32,000 nucleotides of DNA from Candidatus Saccharimonadota bacterium (GTDB taxonomy: Bacteria > Pseudomonadota > Gammaproteobacteria > Enterobacterales > Enterobacteriaceae). Shown piece by piece: positions 19,678-29,685 of this stretch. The notes under the pieces are model-generated. The model saw nothing but the letters and a program-made list of their open reading frames with translations, was not told where the DNA came from and searched no databases. The translations under genes were made by a program, and so were the position numbers. Numbering within the stretch: position 1 is the first letter of the stretch; every line of letters begins with the position of its first letter. The DNA is taken from NCBI RefSeq assembly GCF_000090965.1, contig NC_008513.1:210001-242000 (forward strand), given 5' to 3'.

Positions 19678-21393
19678 ATGCGAACTAAATATTGTGGAGA
19701 AATAAAAAAAAAAGATATTAACAAAATAATAACTATATGTGGTTGGGTACATAAAATAAGAAGTCTTAAAAATATAATTTTTATTGATATTAAAGATATA
19801 ACTGGAATAATACAAGTTATTTTTCTTAAAAAATATAATTCTAATTTTTCTTTAGTAAAAACAATAAGAAATGATTATTGTATAAAAATTAAAGGATTAG
19901 TTATTTTAAAAAAAAAATTAACTTATTTTAATACACAAGAAAAAGAAAATTTTTTTGAAATTATTGCATTTAAATTAAAAATATTTAATCCCTCACTACC
20001 TATACCTTTTGATTATAAAAAAGAAAATAAAGAAGATATTAGATTTAAATTTCGTTATTTAGATTTACGTCGATTTTATATGTTTCATAAATTACAAACA
20101 AGAAGTAAAATTACAACAATTATTAGAAATTTTTTTATAAAAAAAAAATTTTTAGAAATTGAAACACCTATTTTAACACGTTCTACTCCTGAAGGAGCAA
20201 AAGACTATTTAGTATATAGTAGATTATATCCTGGTAAATATTTTGCATTACCACAATCACCTCAATTATTTAAACAATTATTAATGATATCTGGAATAGA
20301 TCGTTATTTTCAAATTGCTAAATGTTTTCGTGATGAGGATTTAAGATCAGATAGACAGCCAGAATTTACACAAATTGATATTGAAATAGCTTTTAAAAAA
20401 AAGAAATTTTTACAAAAATTAATTAATAAATTAATAAAAAAATTATGGTTAAAAATTAATAATTATACTATTAAAAAAATTAAAAATATTACTTATAAAG
20501 AAAGTATTTTAAAATACGGAACAGATAAACCAGATTTAAGAAATCCTATACAATTTGTTGAGTTATATGATATTTTTAATAATTTTTATAAAAAATTTTT
20601 TCCATGGTTATTAATAAAAAATATTAATAGAATAATTTCTATAAAAATACCTGAAGGAATTAAAAAAATACGTGATAATAAAATTTATAAATATAAAAAA
20701 TTTTTAGAAAAACTAAATTTTAATTATTTTATATATGTGAAAATTATAAACATTAAAAAATATATTATTAAAGATAATCGAAACATATTTAGTAAAATAG
20801 ATAAAAAAACATTAAAAGAATTTTTTTTAAAAACTTCAGCTATTAATGGAGATATTATATTTATAATTGCAGAAAAATATAATATTGCAAACAATATTAG
20901 TAATCTTTTACGAAAGAAAATTGGTATAGATTTAAAAATCACAAATTTAAAAAAAATATGTCCAGTTTGGATTACAAAATTTCCTTTATTTAAATTAGAT
21001 AAAAAAAATAATTTAAAATCTGTTCATCATCCTTTTACTTCACCTGAAAAAAATAGTAAAAATATTGAATTATTAAATCCATTAAAAATTATTTCTAGTG
21101 CATTTGATTTAGTAATTAATGGTTATGAAATTGGTGGAGGTTCTGAAAGAATTTATAATTATCAATTACAAATAAAAATTTTTAATATATTAAAAATTAA
21201 CAAAAATAAACAAAAAAAAAAATTTGGTTTCTTCATAAATTCTTTACAATATGGAGCCCCTCCTCATTTAGGATTAGCGCTGGGATTAGATAGATTAGTT
21301 ATGTTATTAACAAACTGTAATACAATCAGTGATGTAATTGCATTTCCTAAAACTAATTCTGCAATTTGTTTAATGACTGGAGCGCCTTGTTGA
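19678..21393 (+). CDS. aspS: Aspartyl-tRNA synthetase
   Basis: 571 aa. The N-terminus MRTKYCGEI matches E. coli MRTEYCGQL. It has motif 2 FRDEDLRSDRQPEFTQIDIE and motif 3 GLALGLDRLVMLL. An AGGA lies 6 nt upstream of the ATG. Confidence 0.95.
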   Translation: MRTKYCGEIKKKDINKIITICGWVHKIRSLKNIIFIDIKDITGIIQVIFLKKYNSNFSLVKTIRNDYCIKIKGLVILKKKLTYFNTQEKENFFEIIAFKLKIFNPSLPIPFDYKKENKEDIRFKFRYLDLRRFYMFHKLQTRSKITTIIRNFFIKKKFLEIETPILTRSTPEGAKDYLVYSRLYPGKYFALPQSPQLFKQLLMISGIDRYFQIAKCFRDEDLRSDRQPEFTQIDIEIAFKKKKFLQKLINKLIKKLWLKINNYTIKKIKNITYKESILKYGTDKPDLRNPIQFVELYDIFNNFYKKFFPWLLIKNINRIISIKIPEGIKKIRDNKIYKYKKFLEKLNFNYFIYVKIINIKKYIIKDNRNIFSKIDKKTLKEFFLKTSAINGDIIFIIAEKYNIANNISNLLRKKIGIDLKITNLKKICPVWITKFPLFKLDKKNNLKSVHHPFTSPEKNSKNIELLNPLKIISSAFDLVINGYEIGGGSERIYNYQLQIKIFNILKINKNKQKKKFGFFINSLQYGAPPHLGLALGLDRLVMLLTNCNTISDVIAFPKTNSAICLMTGAPC

Positions 21394-21497
21394 TTATTTA
21401 ATTAAAAATCAAAATTATAAAAATTAAATTAATAATTCTAAATATGTTTAATATAATCATTACTTTTAAAAATATTAAAATATCTAAATGAGGAATT

Positions 21498-22226
21498 ATG
21501 GCCGGACATAGCAAATGGGCTAATACTAAACATAGAAAATCAGCTCAAGATATAAAAAAAAGTAAAATATTTACTAAAATAACAAGAAAAATAACAATTT
21601 CTTGTTTAAAGAACGGGACAGATGTAAATAAAAATTTTCAATTAAGAAGAATTTTAGAAAAAGCTAATTTATATAATTTAAAAAAAGATTTAATTCAAAA
21701 AGCTATTAATAGAGGAAAAGATAAAAACAAAAACATACAAAAAAAATCTTTTAATATGAAATATGCAGGATATGGTCCTTCTGGAATTGTAATTATTATA
21801 TTTTGTAATACAGATAATAGTAATAGAACTATTTCTAATATAAGAAATATTTTTTCTAAATTTAAAGGAAAATTAGTAAAATACAATGATATTAAATATT
21901 TATTTAATTTTTTTTATTATATTAATATAAATAATATTGTTAATAATAAAGAAATTGTTTTAAGTATAATTAAAAAAAATAATATTAAAAATTTTAAACA
22001 AATAGATAAAAATAATATGGAAATAATAATTAAATTAAATAAATTTAAAAAAATAAAAAAAATATTTCTCTCTTCATCAATTGTATTTACTAATGTTAAT
22101 TTAGTTATTAAACCTAAAAATATATATATTATTAACAATATTTATAAAAGTAAAATCAAAAATATGATAAATTTATTAAAAAAACTAAAAGAAACTACAA
22201 AAATAATTCATAATACAAAAATATAA
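21498..22226 (+). CDS. yebC: YebC/PmpR-family probable transcriptional regulatory protein
   Basis: 242 aa. It has the invariant N-terminus [27 protein letters not shown] and central [11 protein letters not shown]. The C-terminus still aligns in pattern with E. coli YebC (KIIHN vs EVYHN). There is a GAGGA Shine-Dalgarno. Confidence 0.87.
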
Positions 22227-22480
22227 AATTAATTATTCTTAAAAAAAAATATTTTTATAAAATTTTATTTACTTAAATTAATTTTATTATTCTGAATTGA
22301 TTATATATGTTAAAATATGTATAAATAATTTATAAATTAAAATATATATTATATAAATAATAAAAATATTTTTTTAAATTAATTAGCATATTAATAAAAA
22401 TATTTTTATACAAAAATAAAATATATTTATTCATATATAATCAAAACAGAAATTTTAATTTAATTAAATTAATAAAATAA

Positions 22481-23920
22481 TTATGTTACATTGATAATTT
22501 TACAAGTATTTGTAATTTTACTGTTTCTTTCTAAATCATTTTTTATAATGACAATAATTTCATTTTTTTTTAAAAATTTTTTCTTTTTTAGAAACTTTAT
22601 TATAACTTTATCATGATTATTAAAATTATTTTTATTAAAATAAATAGGAATTACACCTCGATATAATGTTGATAGACGAAGTTTTTTAACACAATTTGAT
22701 ATATAAAAAATAGGTAATCCTGATGTAATTCTTGATGCTAACAAAGCAATTTTTCTTGATGTTAAAAAAATTATTATTGCAGAAACATTTTTTAAATGAT
22801 TAGCAGAATACATAGCAGACATAGCAATAGTTTCATCAACATCACTAAATTTTTCATTTAAACGATGTTTAGAAATTTTTGCACTAGGAACTTTTTCAGC
22901 TCCTAAACAAATTTTTGACATAGTTTTTACTGTTATTTCAGGAAAACTGCCTGATGCAGTTTCTGCTGATAACATAACCGCATCTGTACCATCTAATACA
23001 GAATTTGCAATATCCATAACTTCTGCTCTAGTAGGAAAAGGATTTTCTATCATTGATTCCATCATTTGTGTAGCAGTAATTACTATTCGATTTAATTTTC
23101 TAGTCATTGAAATTAATTTTTTTTGTATTCCAATTAACTCATGATCACCGATTTCTACTCCTAAATCTCCTCTAGCAATCATAATAACATCAGATTCTAA
23201 AATTATATCTTTCATTACATTGTTTGATGATACAGCTTCTGCTCGTTCAATTTTTGCAATAATTTTAGCTTTACTACCTGATTTTTTTATTAATTTTCGT
23301 GCTTTTTGTAAATCTTCTTTAGATCTAGGAAAAGACACAGCTATATAATCTACTCCTAACATTGCGGCTAATTTTATGTCTTTTTCATCTTTTTTTGTTA
23401 ATGCAGATGCTGATAGTCCTCCTCCTAATTTATTTAAACCTTTATTATCAGATAAATATCCTCCAATAATTACTTTAGTAAAAATTTTTCTATTATTTTT
23501 TTTTAAAACTCGTAATTGTATTTTTCCGTCATCTAATAAGAGAATGTCGCCAGAATTAACTTCATTAGGTAAATTTTTATAATTAATACCTACAGAATTT
23601 TTATTACCATAATATTTTGGAATACTTAAATCTAATAAAAAATTATCTCCTTTATTTAAAAAAATTTTTTTTTTTTTAAAACTAGAAATTCTAATTTTCG
23701 GTCCTTGTAAATCACCAATTAAAGAAACAAAACAATTTAATTCTTTTTCAATTTCTCGAATATTTTTTACTCTATTTATGTGATCTATAGAAGTACCATG
23801 AGAAAAATTTAATCTTAATGCATTTGCTCCGGATTGTATTATTTTTTTTAATACACTTTTTTTATCTGTAGATGGTCCCAATGTAGAAATAATTTTTGTT
23901 CTTCTAAAAAAATGTATCAT
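22481..23920 (-). CDS. pykA: Pyruvate kinase II
   Basis: 479 aa. Motifs seen are RRTKIISTLGPST, NFSHG, GDLQGPKIR, MIARGDLGVEIG and VITATQMMESMIENPFPTRAEVMDIANSVLDGTDAVMLSAETA. It is colinear with E. coli PykA. There is an AAGGAAA Shine-Dalgarno. Confidence 0.95.
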   Translation of the reverse strand: MIHFFRRTKIISTLGPSTDKKSVLKKIIQSGANALRLNFSHGTSIDHINRVKNIREIEKELNCFVSLIGDLQGPKIRISSFKKKKIFLNKGDNFLLDLSIPKYYGNKNSVGINYKNLPNEVNSGDILLLDDGKIQLRVLKKNNRKIFTKVIIGGYLSDNKGLNKLGGGLSASALTKKDEKDIKLAAMLGVDYIAVSFPRSKEDLQKARKLIKKSGSKAKIIAKIERAEAVSSNNVMKDIILESDVIMIARGDLGVEIGDHELIGIQKKLISMTRKLNRIVITATQMMESMIENPFPTRAEVMDIANSVLDGTDAVMLSAETASGSFPEITVKTMSKICLGAEKVPSAKISKHRLNEKFSDVDETIAMSAMYSANHLKNVSAIIIFLTSRKIALLASRITSGLPIFYISNCVKKLRLSTLYRGVIPIYFNKNNFNNHDKVIIKFLKKKKFLKKNEIIVIIKNDLERNSKITNTCKIINVT

Positions 23921-24324
23921 ACTTAAATTTCCTTTAAAAATAAGAGAAATATTTTAAATAAATATATATAAAAAATAATCAATTTTATATAAAAATATAT
24001 GTATATTTTATTTATTATAAAAAATTTATTTTTAAATATTATTTTATTTAAAAAATATTATTATTTATAATAAAATATTATAAAAATTTTTTGAATAAAT
24101 AACATGTATTATTATACCTTTAGTTGTTATAACATTCATTACATATATAAATAATTTTTATTAAATAAATAATATTAAACTAATAAAATATAAATTAATT
24201 AAATGTTTATTTATATATAATATATTACATATATATTTTAAAAATTTAATAAAATTAATATTTATAAAATAAAAAAAAATTTTTAAAATTCTTTAATTTT
24301 AATATTTTAATAATAGGGTTTAGT

Positions 24325-25785
24325 ATGAAATTACAAATGCATACACATGATTTAATTATTTTTGGAACTAAAGGTGATTTAGCTCAAAGAAAATTGTTTC
24401 CAGCATTATATTCGTTAGAAAAAAAAAATAAACTTGTAGATAATACACGAATTATTGGTGTTAGTAGATCAAATACTAATACAAAAGAATATATTCAAAT
24501 TATTTATAATGCATTAAAAAAATTTTTAAAAGAAAAAATAAATAAAAAAATATGGGAAAAATTCAAAAAACGTTTTATTTTTTGTAAAATGAATATTAAT
24601 TGTCTTCAAGATTTTAAAAAACTAAAAATAATACTAAAAAAAAAAAAACATATATTACTTAATTATTTTGCAGTATCCTCAAATTTATTTATTAAAATTT
24701 GTAAAGGATTGTCTAATATTAATTGTAATAGTAAAACATCAAAAATAATTATAGAAAAACCTATTGGTGATTCTTTAAAATCATTTAATTTTATTAATAA
24801 ATCTATCAAAAAATATTTTTCAGAAAAACAAATATTTAGAATTGATCATTATTTAGGAAAAGAAGCATTATTAAATCTTATTACATTAAAATTTTTTAAT
24901 CCATTTTTTAATAATAATTTTAATAAAAAAACAATTGATCATATTCAAATAACATTATCTGAAAGTCTAGGTATTGAAAAAAGATGGAGTTATTTTGATC
25001 AAACTGGACAAATTATAGATATGGTTCAAAATCATATGCTACAAATTATTTCTATTTTTGCTATGAATAAACCAAAATCATTAAAGAAAAAACATATTTG
25101 CTCTGAAAAAATAAAAATTTTAAAATCATTATATATTAAAAATAATGATATTAAAAATAATATATCATTAGGACAATATAAAAGTGGAAAAATTAATAAT
25201 AATATTGTTCCATCATATGTGAATGAAGAAAATTCAAAAAAAAATAGTTTAACAGAAACTTTTGCAGCTATAAAATTATATATTAATACAAAAAAATGGA
25301 AAAATGTTCCATTTTATATTCGTACTGGAAAAAGATTATTAAAAAAATGTTCTAAAATTATTATTTTTTTAAAAAAATCATCAGAAAACTTACTAAAAAA
25401 TAATAAAAAAATATTTAATAATAGAATTATTATAAATTTACAATCACCTTTTAATATTAAAATAAAATTTTTTAATAAAATTCCTCAACTAAATTCAAAA
25501 TTTAAATTAACTTCTAGTGAAATGTTATTTAATTATAAAAAAATTACAAAAAATAATTTTTTTCCAGAAGAATATGAAAAATTATTATTAGAAAGTATGA
25601 AAGGAAATCAATTTTTATTTGTTAATTACAAAGAAATTAAATATTCTTGGAAATGGATTGATTCTATAATAAAAATATATAAAAAAAATCCATTATTACT
25701 CGAATATTATTCATCTGGTAGTTGGGGACCTAAATCATCAGAAAAATTAATAAAAAAAGATAAGAGAAAATGGGATAATAATTAA
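24325..25785 (+). CDS. zwf: Glucose-6-phosphate 1-dehydrogenase
   Basis: 486 aa. It shows the NADP motif FGTKGDLAQRKLFPALY, EKPIGDSL, the signature RIDHYLGKE and DMVQNHMLQI. Confidence 0.93.
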   Translation: MKLQMHTHDLIIFGTKGDLAQRKLFPALYSLEKKNKLVDNTRIIGVSRSNTNTKEYIQIIYNALKKFLKEKINKKIWEKFKKRFIFCKMNINCLQDFKKLKIILKKKKHILLNYFAVSSNLFIKICKGLSNINCNSKTSKIIIEKPIGDSLKSFNFINKSIKKYFSEKQIFRIDHYLGKEALLNLITLKFFNPFFNNNFNKKTIDHIQITLSESLGIEKRWSYFDQTGQIIDMVQNHMLQIISIFAMNKPKSLKKKHICSEKIKILKSLYIKNNDIKNNISLGQYKSGKINNNIVPSYVNEENSKKNSLTETFAAIKLYINTKKWKNVPFYIRTGKRLLKKCSKIIIFLKKSSENLLKNNKKIFNNRIIINLQSPFNIKIKFFNKIPQLNSKFKLTSSEMLFNYKKITKNNFFPEEYEKLLLESMKGNQFLFVNYKEIKYSWKWIDSIIKIYKKNPLLLEYYSSGSWGPKSSEKLIKKDKRKWDNN

Positions 25786-25924
25786 ATAATTATAAATATA
25801 TTTTATATATATAGTTATTTAAAATTTTAAATATATTAATTTTTTTTATATAATACTTTTTATATATAACAATAAAATTTTACATATTTGAAAATTTTTT
25901 AAATAATTAGGAAAAACAAATTTC

Positions 25925-26815
25925 ATGATACGTTCGATTCTTTTTTTAATTACTAGTATATCAACTATATTCATGTATAGTATTTTTTTAAAAATTTTTG
26001 GTATACATATAAATTATATATTTCTAACAATGATTATGTTGACTATAATTTTTTTAACTTATTCAATAATATCATTATTACTTTCAAAAAAAACAGCGTT
26101 ACAATCTGTAAATGGAGAAATTATTTATGTACCTCGTAATATAAAAGAAAAATGGTTAATATCTGCTATAAAAAATCAATCAAAAAAAATGTGTATTAAT
26201 ATTCCTGATATTGCGATATATAAATCATTGCATATGAATGCTTTTGCTACAGGGTTTCAAAAAAATAATTCTTTAATTGCTGTTTCTAGTGGTTTGCTTA
26301 ATAATATGAATAAAGGAGAAATTGAAGCTGTTGTTGCTCATGAAATAACACATATTACAAATGGAGATATGATAACAATGATTGTTATACAAAGTATTGT
26401 TAATATTTGTGTTATTTCTATATCATATTCTTTAATTAAATATTTTTCTAATATTTTTATGTCGTATAAAATACATAGAGAGTATAAAAAAATTCAAAAA
26501 TCTTTTATTTTTTATTTTTTAAAAAATATATTACAATTTTTTATTAAAATTTTTTCTACTATAATAGTTATGTGGTTTTCACGAAATCGAGAATTTTATG
26601 CAGATATTGGAGCAGTTGAATTAGTTGGAAAAAAAAAAATGATTTCAGTATTAAAAAAATTAAAAAATAGTGATATACCTAAAGAATCAAATTCTATAAT
26701 TACATTATGTATACATGGAAGAAATAATATTATATTAGATTTATTATCATCACATCCTTCATTAGATAAAAGAATTTTAGCTATAAAAAAAAATACTAAA
26801 AAAAATAAAATATAA
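25925..26815 (+). CDS. htpX: Membrane zinc metalloprotease HtpX
   Basis: 296 aa. It has N-terminal transmembrane segments, NAFATG, the zinc motif VAHEITHITNGDM, WFSRNREFYAD and SSHPSLDKRI. Confidence 0.9.
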   Translation: MIRSILFLITSISTIFMYSIFLKIFGIHINYIFLTMIMLTIIFLTYSIISLLLSKKTALQSVNGEIIYVPRNIKEKWLISAIKNQSKKMCINIPDIAIYKSLHMNAFATGFQKNNSLIAVSSGLLNNMNKGEIEAVVAHEITHITNGDMITMIVIQSIVNICVISISYSLIKYFSNIFMSYKIHREYKKIQKSFIFYFLKNILQFFIKIFSTIIVMWFSRNREFYADIGAVELVGKKKMISVLKKLKNSDIPKESNSIITLCIHGRNNIILDLLSSHPSLDKRILAIKKNTKKNKI

Positions 26816-27079
26816 ATATGTTATTATATTAAATATAATTTTATTATTTAATAATAATTATATTTAATATTTTAAGAAATATAAATTTTTTATTCATTTT
26901 AAGATATTATTTTATTAAAATAATAAAAATTATTTAATTTTATAAAAATTTTTATTAAATCTATATTAGTTAATATAATTAAATATTTTTATAAATAACA
27001 TAAAAAATATATATTTTTGTATATATTTTAAAAATAAAATATATAATAATATAATATTTATTTATATTATTATAAAATA

Positions 27080-27109
27080 TTGACAAATAACTATTTACAA
27101 TATTATTAT
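27080..27109 (+). promoter_or_regulatory. Candidate sigma70 promoter for yoaE-tsaB
   Basis: There is a perfect -35 hexamer TTGACA at 27080-27085. TATTAT occurs at 27104-27109 (18-nt spacer) and also at 27101-27106 (15-nt spacer). It lies about 30 nt upstream of the GGAG Shine-Dalgarno and the ATG at 27138. -10-like hexamers are very frequent in this composition, so only the -35 is informative. Confidence 0.3.
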
Positions 27110-27137
27110 TTTTTAATCATTTTCTGGAGTACTTTTC

Positions 27138-28727
27138 ATGTCTTCTTTTTTAGATCCAACTATTTGGATGGGTCTGTTTACATTAGTTTTTTTAGAAATT
27201 ATTTTAAGTATTGATAATGTTATATTTATTGCTATTTTATCAAAAAAATTACCTAAAAATCAACAAAATAAAGCAAGATATACTGGTTTAATATTTGCAT
27301 TATTTATGCGTTTTGGGTTGCTTGGTATAACATCAAAATTAATATCTTTAACAAAACCAATTATAATAAACAAATTTTTTATTTTTTCGGGAAAAGAAAT
27401 TATTTTATTAATAGGTGGTATTTTTTTATTTATAAAAACAATATTTGAATTATTTAATCATATTTATATATTTGATAAAAAAAAAAAAAAAAAAGATCTT
27501 AGATCAAGCTTTTGGTATATAGTTATTCAAATTGTAATATTAGATGTAATTTTTTCTATTGATTCAATAATGACTGCTATTGGTACAACACATAACCTTT
27601 TTATTATGATAATAGCAGTAACAATATCAACTATTTTAATGATTTTTTTATCTAAATTATTAATTAAATTTATTAATTCAAAAAAATCTATTATTACATT
27701 ATGTTTAAGTTTATTACTAATGATTAGTTTAAACTTAATTATAGAATCATTAGGTTTTTATATATCTAAAAAATATTTATATATATCTGTTGAATTTTCA
27801 TTATTCATAGAAATTATAAATCAAATTAGAATTAATAAAAAAAAAAAAAAAGAATCAAAAAAATTATTTAAAAAAAAAATATTATCATTAATTTCTTATA
27901 TAATTAAAAAATATAATAAGAAACATAATTTTATTAATCAAAAATTTTTATTTAATAAAAAAAAAAATATTAAATATTTAAATAATGATATAAATGATAA
28001 TAATAATATTATTAAAGAAATAAAAATAGTAAATCAAATATTTCATTTAAATAATTATTCAATCTATAAAATTATGATTCCTAAAGAAAAAATTAAATGG
28101 ATTAATATTAATGATAGTTATCAAAACATAAAAAAAAAATTATTAAATATTCCGTATAAAATAATAATATTATGTAATTGGAAATTTAATGAAGTTATAG
28201 GTTTTATTAAAAAAGAAAAATTAATTAATTTAATTAATAAAAATAAAAATATAAACAATTATATTGAATATAATTCATTAATTTTTGTTCCTGATTCATT
28301 AAATATAATTAATATTATAAAAATTTTACGTTATTCATATAACAATATTATTTTAATAAATAATAGATATGGAAAAGTTGTTGGAATATTAACTATAAAA
28401 AACCTTTTTCAAACTGTTTTTGGAAATTTTTTGGATATTAATAATACTCCTAAAATTATTTTAAATAAAAAAAAATGGATAATGAATGGTTCGATTAAAT
28501 TAAAAAATTTAGAGAAAATTTTAAAAATTAATTTTAAAGAAGTAAATTATAAATGTTTTTCATTAGCAGATTTTTTAATCTATAAATATAAAAAAATTCC
28601 TAAAACAGGAAAAATAATAATTTATAAAAATTATTATTTTAAAATATTAAAATCTAATTTATATAAAATTTATTTAATACAAATAAAAAAAAATGATATT
28701 AATACAAAAAATAAAAGGAATTATTAA
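27138..28727 (+). CDS. yoaE: UPF0053/TerC-family inner-membrane protein with C-terminal CBS-pair and CorC/HlyC domains
   Basis: 529 aa. The N-terminus DPTIWMGLFTLVFLEIILSIDNVIFIAIL and the second SIDSIMTAIG repeat match the TerC-type integral membrane domain of E. coli YoaE. The C-terminal half is the expected length for CBS plus transporter-associated domains but is compositionally very degenerate. Confidence 0.85.
   Translation: MSSFLDPTIWMGLFTLVFLEIILSIDNVIFIAILSKKLPKNQQNKARYTGLIFALFMRFGLLGITSKLISLTKPIIINKFFIFSGKEIILLIGGIFLFIKTIFELFNHIYIFDKKKKKKDLRSSFWYIVIQIVILDVIFSIDSIMTAIGTTHNLFIMIIAVTISTILMIFLSKLLIKFINSKKSIITLCLSLLLMISLNLIIESLGFYISKKYLYISVEFSLFIEIINQIRINKKKKKESKKLFKKKILSLISYIIKKYNKKHNFINQKFLFNKKKNIKYLNNDINDNNNIIKEIKIVNQIFHLNNYSIYKIMIPKEKIKWININDSYQNIKKKLLNIPYKIIILCNWKFNEVIGFIKKEKLINLINKNKNINNYIEYNSLIFVPDSLNIINIIKILRYSYNNIILINNRYGKVVGILTIKNLFQTVFGNFLDINNTPKIILNKKKWIMNGSIKLKNLEKILKINFKEVNYKCFSLADFLIYKYKKIPKTGKIIIYKNYYFKILKSNLYKIYLIQIKKNDINTKNKRNY
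27477..27494 (+). repeat. A18 homopolymer, in frame, encoding K6 inside yoaE
   Basis: Counted directly: A at every position from 27477 to 27494. The flanking codons are GAT (27474-27476) and GAT (27495-27497), giving FDKKKKKKDL. Confidence 0.95.
27837..27851 (+). repeat. A15 homopolymer, in frame, encoding K5 inside yoaE
   Basis: Counted directly: A at every position from 27837 to 27851, preceded by the AAT codon 27834-27836 and followed by GAA, giving INKKKKKES. Confidence 0.95.
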
Positions 28728-29401
28728 TGAATTTTAAAAAAAATATTTTAGCAATTGATACCTCGTTACATTCATGTTCTATTTCTTTGTTATATAAAAA
28801 GAAAATTTATAGTTTATTTAAGCTATGTTCGAATGCACATGAGAAAAATATATTTTATATGATTAAAAAAATATTAATCCAATCAAATACTACTTTAGAT
28901 GAAATTAATTTCATCGCATGCACTATCGGACCAGGAAGTTTTACAGGAATTAGAATTTCTATAGGAATTTCGCAAACTATTTCTACTATATATAATATTC
29001 CTATTATTGGTTTTTCTACATTAAAAATTTTATCAGAACAAAGCTGGAGAAAAAATTATGTTAAAAATGTTTTACTTATTATTAAGATTTCTAAAAATCA
29101 AATTTTTTGGGCTAAATATATAAAAAATAAAATTGGTTTATGGATTGGAGAACATACAGAAAAATTATTTTCCAATATGAATATTATTAAAAAAAAAATT
29201 AAAAAATATACTGGAAAATGGTCTTTAATTGGTTTTGAAAAAAAAATAAAAAAAAATTTTAAAAAATCAGTTAAATTATTTCAAACAAATATTTTTACTC
29301 CACATTCAAATGATATTATTACTTATGCAGTAAAATATTTATTATTGTACAAAAAATACAACATAAAACAAATATACCCAAAATATTTATATAAAATATA
29401 A
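28727..29401 (+). CDS. tsaB: tRNA N6-threonylcarbamoyladenosine (t6A) biosynthesis protein TsaB
   Basis: 224 aa. ILAIDTSLHSCSISLL and GPGSFTGIRISIGISQ are the YeaZ/TsaB family signatures. The ATG overlaps the yoaE TAA by 1 nt (TAATG at 28725-28729). An AAGGA lies about 7 nt upstream. Confidence 0.86.
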   Translation: MNFKKNILAIDTSLHSCSISLLYKKKIYSLFKLCSNAHEKNIFYMIKKILIQSNTTLDEINFIACTIGPGSFTGIRISIGISQTISTIYNIPIIGFSTLKILSEQSWRKNYVKNVLLIIKISKNQIFWAKYIKNKIGLWIGEHTEKLFSNMNIIKKKIKKYTGKWSLIGFEKKIKKNFKKSVKLFQTNIFTPHSNDIITYAVKYLLLYKKYNIKQIYPKYLYKI

Positions 29402-29431
29402 TAAAAAAAATTATATTTAATTATTTAATTA

Positions 29432-29680
29432 TTATTTCACATTAGTAATATTAATTTCTAAAATTAGTAAATTTTTTTTTCTTTTTTCTATTTGAATAGA
29501 CATTTTATTAGGCTGAATTTTTATATATTTCGCAATTACTAATAGTAAATCATTTTTTAATTGCGGAAGATAACTTGATTGATAAAAAAATTTTTTTTTT
29601 TTCTTAATTAATGTTTTCAACCTTTTTTTAGCTAAACTAGCTGTATATTGTTTTTTTGATATAAATAAATTTAATATCAT
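29432..29680 (-). CDS. minE: Cell division topological specificity factor MinE
   Basis: 82 aa. NLFISKKQYTASLAKKRLKTLI and YLPQLKNDLLLVIAKYIKI match the pattern of E. coli MinE ([21 protein letters not shown] and YLPQLRKDILEVICKYVQI). It starts 5 nt after the minD stop. Confidence 0.87.
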   Translation of the reverse strand: MILNLFISKKQYTASLAKKRLKTLIKKKKKFFYQSSYLPQLKNDLLLVIAKYIKIQPNKMSIQIEKRKKNLLILEINITNVK

Positions 29681-29685
29681 TATAT

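Noticed and set aside
20724-20942. 72-aa minus-strand ORF antisense to aspS
   Set aside because: It lies opposite the Lys/Asn-rich insertion-domain region of aspS and gives a Phe/Ile/Leu-rich artefact.
21695-22138. Two minus-strand ORFs (21695-21886 and 21917-22138) antisense to yebC
   Set aside because: Both are Phe/Leu/Ile low-complexity mirror images of the Lys/Asn-rich yebC sequence. yebC itself aligns end to end with the family.
23376-23582. 68-aa plus-strand ORF antisense to pykA
   Set aside because: It lies inside the conserved pykA gene and has no motif or start signals.
25888-25893. TTGAAA upstream of htpX, resembling a sigma32 -35 element (htpX is heat-shock regulated in E. coli)
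   Set aside because: No CCCCAT-like -10 lies at the right distance. The downstream sequence is pure A/T, and TTGAAA is expected by chance here.
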